From a virus, in IMG/VR virus record IMGVR_UViG_3300044723_010558: a stretch of 30,477 bases of DNA; one strand, 5' to 3'. The translations under genes and the position numbers were made by a program. This document shows, in pieces, positions 17,501 through 26,500 of the stretch. The first letter of the stretch is position 1. Every line of letters begins with the position of its first letter. The notes under the pieces were generated by a model. That model was not told the DNA's origin. It searched no databases and saw only the letters and a program-made list of their open reading frames with translations.

Positions 17501-20500
17501 CAAAAGAACAAGTGGCGCTGATGGCAGCAGCGGAACATCAGGAACTTCAGGCACATCTGGGTCTTCTGGCACTTCTGGTACCTCAGGAACCACGGGAACA
17601 TCTGGAACTTCAGGATCAAGCGGTACCTCAGGAACAACTGGCACTTCAGGATCAAGCGGTACTTCAGGATCTTCTGGAACAAGTGGAAGTAGTGGTTCGT
17701 CTGGCACCACTGGAACTTCTGGAACCTCTGGATCTTCAGGTACTTCAGGAACTGGTGGAACATCTGGTTCTTCGGGTACTACCGGAACTTCAGGATCAAG
17801 CGGTACTTCAGGTAGCGCAGGTTCAGCTGGGTCTTCAGGAACTTCTGGAACTAGTGGAATATTGAACTTAACAGGTCCCAATAATTTCACAATAATAAAA
17901 GACAGTGCTACATCAGGATTTGCTGGTGGAATATATTATTCAGGCACAGGAGGAACAACGGGTAGTGTTGGTATAGGTACTACAGGTCCTCTCTCAGAAC
18001 TCCATATAGAAAAAGGCTTAACAGGTGATAGCTCTCAGCTTAGAATTACTAACGGCACTGGCGCGACTATCAGAATGGGTATCACAGGTTCTGGTGCTAA
18101 TGAAGCTGCCCACATAAAAACTAATAGCGGTGAAAATTTAGAGTTTCAAATTGGTCGAGCTGCAGACAGTGCTTCACCGGATGTACTGTTTAAATCTGGT
18201 GGTGGGGTTCAATTCAGTGTTTATGGTTCTGGCACTTTTACAGGGACAGCAACCCAAAGGTTAGCTGTAGATTCAAGTGGTAACATTATTGAAATACCTA
18301 TTGGCTCTGGAGCTATCGATGGATGTGGCACTCAGTGCTATATACCCAAATGGCATGATGCTAACACAATATGCGACTCAGTTATATACCAAGATGGTAA
18401 TAATATTGGTATTGGAACAATAACTCCAGCTGGTAAATTAGATGTTGCTGGAGATGTGTATGTAAATGGAGTTAGGGTTGGAAAAGGTTCTAATTCTGTA
18501 GCAGGAAATACAACGGTAGGTTGTAACGCATTAGCTTGTAACACATCTGGTGGTTTCAATACAGCTATAGGTAATTCAGCTTTAGAGTGTAACACTAGCG
18601 GTTATGATAATACAGCGGTAGGACAGTGCGCATTAAAAAATAATGATTACGGTACCCGTAATACTGCTATAGGAAGAGCGGTAGGTATCAATATAACTAG
18701 TGGAGCTAATAATACTGGTGTTGGTTGGGAAACATTAAATAACACTACAAGTTCAAGTAGGAATACAGCTCTAGGCGCTAGAGCTTTAAGAAACAATACT
18801 ATAGGTTGTTGTAACACGGCAAGTGGTTCATATTCTCAATGCTCTAACACATCAGGTAAACTTAATACTTCATACGGAGCTGAATCTTTAAGGTATAACA
18901 CTACTGGTAATTGTAATACTTCAATAGGAGTTTTATCTTTATATTGCAACACAACAGGTAACGCCAATACAGCCGTTGGGGTTAATAGCTTAAAAAGTAA
19001 TACTACTGGTTTCGCAAATACTGCATCTGGTGGTTATGCGTTAACTGCTAACACAACTGGTAGTTGTAGTGTTGCTATTGGATATAACGCGTTAAAATCA
19101 AATACGTCAGGATATAGTAATAATGCAGTAGGTTATCAGTCTTTATATAATAATACAACAGGTATACATAATCAAGCTTTTGGTAAAAATAGTTTATATA
19201 GTAATACCACTGGTGGCTATAACACGGCATCTGGTTACAGATCTTTAGTTTGTAACACAACAGGGTGTCAAAATACCGCTTTTGGTATGTATACCCTTAC
19301 AGAAGTACTTGGTAACAGTTGCAATGTTGCGGTAGGTGCTTACGCTCTTCGTTATAATACAGAATCGGCAAACTCTGCACTTGGTTGGCAAGCTTTGTAT
19401 TGCAACACAACAGGTACTCGTAATGTTGCTGTTGGTTATACTTCTTTAGCATATAATACAGTTGGAGGACAAAACACAGCTATAGGTCATTCCGCTTTAA
19501 TATCTAATACCACTGGTAGTCAACACACCGCAAGCGGTAATTACGCATTAGAAAGTAATACTACAGGTGTTAGAAATACTGCCCTTGGTACTGAATCAAT
19601 GAGATGCAACACTATCGGTAATGATAATGTTGCTGTAGGTAGAGCTTCCCTTAATAAAAACACTAGTGGGTCTTCTAACACAGCTATTGGTAAAGACGCT
19701 ATGTTTAGCAATACTTCTGGCGCAAGAAACACTGCTGTGGGTTTAAGATCCTTATATATTAATACCACGGGTGATAACAATACAGCTTCTGGTTATTACG
19801 CCTTGAGAAATAATGTCACAGGAGCAGATAATACAGCTTTAGGTTATAGAGCTTTAAGATTTAATACAGCTGGATCTAACACAGCGGTTGGTGCTAGTGC
19901 GTTGTTTACTAATACGACTGGCACATTTAACACTGCTGTTGGTAAAAATGCATTATATGCTAATACAACAGGTGGCTGCAATGCTGCTTTAGGTCATTAC
20001 TCTTTAAGTTTAAATACAACGGGGTCAAGAAATACAGCAAGCGGGAGGTATGCTCTTAAATCTAATACAACCGCGAATGATAATACCGCTACTGGTTATT
20101 TGGCTATGGGGTGTAATACTACTGGTAGTTACAATACTGCATCTGGTAAATACTCGTTATTATGCAATACAACTGGCTTACATAATACTGTTTCTGGTTA
20201 TAAAGCTTTAATGTGTAATACTAGCGGCTCTTATAATGTAGCTTTTGGTTCTGCTGCTTTAGAATGTACAACAGGGGGTAATAATACAGCTGTTGGTCAT
20301 GAAGCTTCTCGTCGTGCAACAAATAATTGTTACAACACAGCTGTAGGTTTTCAATCTTTATATTGTAATCTAACTAACGAAACAACAGCTGTTGGTTTTA
20401 GATCCTTATTTGTTAACACTACAGGTTGTTATAATACCGCTTTAGGATTTGAATCGTTGTTATGTAATACAACTGGTTTAGCTAATACAGCGGTTGGTTA

Positions 20501-23500
20501 TTCTTCACTGAGAGCTAATGTTGGTTTGAAGAATACATCTGTAGGATCAAAATCGTTAATTTACAATACAACAGCAAATGATAATGCCGCGTTAGGTTAC
20601 GCATCTCTCTATTTCAACACTACTGGTAATAATAATACTGCTTCAGGAGCTTATTCATTATGTTCAAACACTGTAGGTAGTTGTAATACTGCTTTTGGTA
20701 GATCTACTTTGCTTTATAATACAGGTGGTTTGTTAAATTCAGGTTTAGGTTATCAAGCTTTGTTTTGTAACGTAACTGGTTGTTATAATACTGCAAGTGG
20801 ATCTTATGCACTGAAAAACAATACTGCAACAGGTAATACTGCATTAGGTTATGCAGCAGCTGGGTCAAATACAACAGGAACTGGTATAGTTGCTATTGGT
20901 TGTAGAGCTTTAAATGCTAGTACAACTGGTAATAATAATGTAGCGGTAGGTAATGCTGCTATGTACTGTAACACATCCGGTAGATGTAATACTGCGGTAG
21001 GTACATATTCTCTGTATAATAATACCTCTGGTAACCTCAATACAGGTTTGGGTTATTATACTTTAGGTAGCACAACGACAGGTAGTTGCAATACAGCCAC
21101 GGGTTATTTCGCTTTATGGAATAATACAACAGGTAACTATAATGTTGCTATTGGATGGAATGCTTTATATGCTAATAAACAATCTACTAATGTCGCAGTA
21201 GGAGCTGAAGCAATGCGCTGTAATACCGATGGTATAAGAAGCACATCTATTGGTACTGGAGCTCTAAAAACTAACAGCACAGGTAATTGTAATAGTGCTT
21301 CTGGTTATAGAGCATTATATTGTAATACAACTGGTAGTAATAATACAGCTTCAGGTGTCTATGCGTTATGTTTTAATACCACAGGAGGCGCGAATGTAGC
21401 TTTTGGTCATGTAGCAGCAAGAGCTAATACTAATGGGGTAGGTAATACAGCTATCGGTTATGGTACCTTACAGACTAATACTTCAAGTTCTTATAGTACT
21501 GCTCTAGGTTATAAAGCTTTAAATGTAAATACCTGCCCTCAGAACACAGCAATAGGTGGTTTCGCGATGGCTTGTAATACTACAGGTTATTGTAATACAG
21601 CTGTAGGTTATACCGCATTGTATTTAAACACTACAGGTATTCATAATACCGCTGTAGGTAGAAACGCTTTACAGCAAAATACAAGTGGATATCAAAACAC
21701 AGCAATTGGTGCTGATGCTTTAAAAAATAATATATTAGGTAGACAAAGTACAGCGGTTGGTTTTTATTCTCTATGTAATAATTGTGGTAATTTTAATACT
21801 GCATCTGGAGCCTATTCCATGATGACAAATACTACTGGTGAATACAATAGTGCTTTTGGTAGAACAGCTTTGTATTTAAACACTAGTGGTTGTCATAATA
21901 CAGCACTCGGAGCGAATGCTCTATGTAGTAATACTACTGCTTGTTATAGTACAGCGATTGGTTCATATGCATTAAAATCGAATACTACAGGTGAAAACAC
22001 AGCCATTGGTTTTTGTTCATTATTTTCAAATACTACAGGTACTGGTAACGTTGCCGTTGGTATTAATACCCTAACCCAAAATACTACAGGAACAAGAAAT
22101 ACTGCGGTTGGTTCGGCGGCTTTATATAGTAATACTACAGGATCATATAATTCAGCTTTTGGATGTGGTGCTTTGCAGGTTAGTACAACTGGCGACTACA
22201 ATACTGCGATGGGTGAAAGAGCTCTCAAAAACAGTACTACCGCGAGCCAAAATGTGGCTTATGGTTTTTGCTCGATGTATGCTAATACTACCGGTGGTTG
22301 CAATACCGCTTTAGGTTATATTGCAATGTTTAATAATACTACTGGTTATTTTAATACAGCTATAGGTTATAGATCGTATGAATGTAATCAAACAAGCTCT
22401 GCTACAACCGCTATAGGTACATGCTCGCAAAGAACAACAACTATAGGTGGGAATACTTCGGTAGGTCATCACAGTTTAAGATTTAACACTACTGGTAACT
22501 TTAATACAGCTGTAGGTACTAGTGCAATGGAGTATACAAGTACTGGTGTTAGGAATACAGCTATAGGTTATGCTGCAGCTGTTTTAACTTCAACTGGTCA
22601 ATCAAATACAACATCTGGGTCATATTCTTTACATCAAAATACTACTGGTAGTTATAATTCCGCGTTCGGAGAAAGAGCGATGAGGTTGAATACTACTGGT
22701 GCTTTGAACTCAGCATTTGGTAGACTAGCTCTTTGTAGTAATACAACTGGTAGCTATAACACTGCAGTAGGGGCCCAGTCATTATTAAGTAATACGACTG
22801 GGAGTGATAATACAGCTAGTGGTTATCTTACTCAATATTCTAATACTACAGGTTATTCAAATGTATCTATTGGTAATAGATCTTTATGTAGCAATACTAC
22901 AGGAGCTTTAAATACAGCTCTCGGTATAAGCGCGTTAAGATTCAATACAGCTAACTGGAATACAGCTGTAGGAGCAGAAGCGTTATTCTGTAATACTTCA
23001 GGAACTAGAAATACAGGCTCTGGTTATAGAGTAATGTATAATAATACTACAGGAAACTATAACTCTGCTTTTGGTGATCGTGCTTTGTATTGTAATACAA
23101 CTGGTAGTGGTAATACTGCTTCTGGTTATAGAGCTCTTTGGGGTAATAGAACAGCCAATAATAATACAGCTATTGGTTGGTATTCTATGTTATCGAATAC
23201 AACGGGTTTCAATAACACAGCGAGTGGTAAATATGCTTTAAGAAACAACTCAACGGGGTATAATAATTCAGCTTTCGGAGAAAATTCTTTAGCTTGTAAT
23301 ACAACTGGTCATACTAATATAGCGTTAGGTAGGTTCACTCTACTTAATAATAATGGCTCTTTAAACATTGCTATTGGTAATGGAGCGATGCAGAGCAATA
23401 CTACATCATTAAAGAATGTAGCTATGGGTCATTCATCCATGTATGCAAATACAACTGGTAATGAAAATACTGCTAGCGGTCATTACTCATTACAAAATAA

Positions 23501-26500
23501 TACTACAGGATGTGATAACGCTGCTTTTGGATCGTGTGCTTTACAACAAAACACTACCGGAATTTTAAATACAGCAGTTGGTTCTAAAGCTTTGCACTGT
23601 AACATTGTAGGTACTAACAATACAGCTGTAGGAACTGTAGCTTTGAAATATAATACTGGCCATGCAAACACCGCTGTCGGTGCTTATGCAATTTGGGCGG
23701 GTACTAGCTCAGGTTACAATACTGCAATAGGTAGAACTGCTTTATACCAACTTACAACAGGTAACTACAATACAGCTAGTGGTTATAGATCATTATTTAC
23801 TACCACAATAGGTTGTGAAAACGTTGCTACTGGAAGCTTTTCCTTGAATTCTACAACGACTGGTGTGAGAAATACAGCTTTAGGTTACGCAGCTTTACAT
23901 GATAACACAACTGGTAGCTATAATGTCGCTGTTGGTTGGAACGCATCTAGAACATCTACCACATACGTAAACACTATTGCTATTGGCTGTTGTGCTCAGC
24001 CACCAGCTAACAACACTACAGTTATAGGTAATGGTTCTACAACATGCTCTATATTCCCAGCAGGACAAATGAAGTTCGGCAGCTATGGCAGCGGAACTTA
24101 TTCGGGCGTTCATAATAAATTTTTAGGAGTAGATACTTCTGGTAATGTTTTAGAAATTAGTTCTGGCGTAGGAACAGGAAGCGTTACTTCCAGTAGTTGC
24201 ACCACTTGTTATCTTACAAAATGGACAAATGGCCCGAATGAAGTTATTGGCAATTCTGTAGTTTATGAAGATTCTTGCGGAAATATTGGTATAGGAACTG
24301 TAGCTCCTGCCGCCAAACTTCAGGTTACAAATCAAGCTATTATTGATGGCTTGACAATAGGTCAAGGCGGTGGAGATGTATCTACTAATACTGCTTTAGG
24401 TCAATGCGCGTTAAACGCTAATACGACTGGGGCTTATAATACTGCCGTTGGTGATGCTGCTTTATGTAGTAATACTTCAGGTGGATGTAACGTTGCTGTT
24501 GGAGCATTTGCATTAGTGGAAAATACTTTAGGTGGTAAAAATACAGCTGTAGGTCACGGAGCATTAAATAAAACCACTACTGGTTGTAGAAATACAGCTA
24601 GCGGTCATTATTCAATGTTTTGGAACACGACTGGTATATTTAATAGCGCATATGGTACTTGTTCGTTGAAAGTTAATTCTTCAGGATCTCAAAACGTTGC
24701 TTTTGGTTATAATTCAATGATGTGTAATTCTACGGGGACCGGTAATACTGCTAGCGGTTCGTATTCTTTATTTAGAAATACAACAGCATATAATAATACA
24801 GCATACGGTAGTTCTGCTTTAAAATGTAACACAACAGGTTGTAATAACACCGCTTTAGGGGCAGGCACTCTTTTAGCTAATACTACGGGTAGCTGCAATG
24901 TTGCAGTTGGTATGTGCTCTTTGTATTGTAACACAACAGGTAGTTGTAATACAGCTCTAGGTTACCAATCCTTAAGAAACAATACAGGGGCTTACAATAC
25001 TGCAGTTGGTAATAGTGCTTTAACATCTAATACTACAGCAATCAATAATACCGGTATAGGTAATCAAGCTTTATACTATACAACATCCGGTAATTATAAC
25101 ACAGCTCTTGGAGCAGTTGCTTTGTGTAGTAATAGTACAGGAAAAGCCAATACAACCACCGGTAGTTATTCTTTGAGAGGTAATACTACAGGTTGTTACA
25201 ATACTGCTAGTGGTTATTACGCTTTACGTTGTAATACTACTGCAAATCATAACGCTGCATTCGGAGCTTACACCATGCAGTATAATACTACTGGTAGACA
25301 AAATACAGCTGTAGGTAATCAAGCTTTAAGGTATAATACTACAGGTTTTGTTAATGCTGCTCTTGGTTATCAATCTTTACTATCGAATACAACAGGTAAT
25401 TATAATACTGCTAGTGGGGCTTATGCTTTAGTATCGAATACTACTGGTAATGAAAATACAGCTACTGGTTATCTGTCAATGCGGAATAATACAACAGGCC
25501 TTAATAACGTAGCATATGGAGTATATTCTTTATGCGGTAATACTACTGCTAATAATAATGCTGCATTTGGTCATAGAACTTTAAAAGAAAATACCACAGG
25601 TAGTAAAAACACTGCTAGTGGTTTTTATGCTTTAAGATATAATACTACAGCTAACGCTAATACTGCTTCAGGATATAGGTCTTTGACTTGTAATACGACA
25701 GGATGTAGAAATACCGCTTCTGGTGCATATGCGTTGGATAAAAATACAACTGGTGTTAGTAACACAGCTATTGGAGCTAGTACTTTAAGTTATAATACTT
25801 CTGGTTACTATAATACCGCCATTGGGGATCAAGCAATGTTCACCAATACTACTAGTAGATTTAATACAGCTATCGGTATGTATGCTTTATATGCTAACTC
25901 TACTGGTAATTATAATACTGCTAGTGGTTATAATGCATTAGTATGCACTACAAGTGGTTATAATACTGCTACCGGCTCTGGAGCATTATTATATAATACA
26001 TCAGGAGCAATGGGATCTGCTCATGGTTTCCGAGCTTTATTTAGGAATACCACAGCGTCTCAAAATACAGCATTAGGTGCCTACGCTTTATGTGGTAATA
26101 CAACCGGAGACAAAAACACTGCCAGTGGTTATCAAGCTTTATTATACAATACAGTAGGTGTTAGAAATACTGCTAGTGGTCATTATGCTTTAAGGCAAAA
26201 TACTACAGGCAATGAAAACGCTGCAGTAGGTTATCAAGCTTTACTTAATAATACAACCGGTGGTGGAAACATGGCTTTCGGTGCCCATGCTCTTTGCTCT
26301 AACACATCTGCATCTACTAATTCTGCTTTTGGCTTATGTTCCTTATACAGCAATACGACAGGAACTAACAATGCTGCATTTGGTGGGTTTTCGTTATACT
26401 CTAATACTACTGGTAATTGCAATACTGCTCTGGGTAGGTCTTCGATGGGCGCTAATACAACAGGTTGTTTTAATACAGCAATTGGTACTTTTGCTCTAGA

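Noticed and set aside
17351-17890. Antisense 179-aa PEVPEDP-repeat ORF and other overlapping ORFs (17476..17763, 17479..17865)
   Set aside because: These are shadows of the G-T-S codon repeat. Low-complexity sequence suppresses stops in other frames, and there are no independent expression signals.
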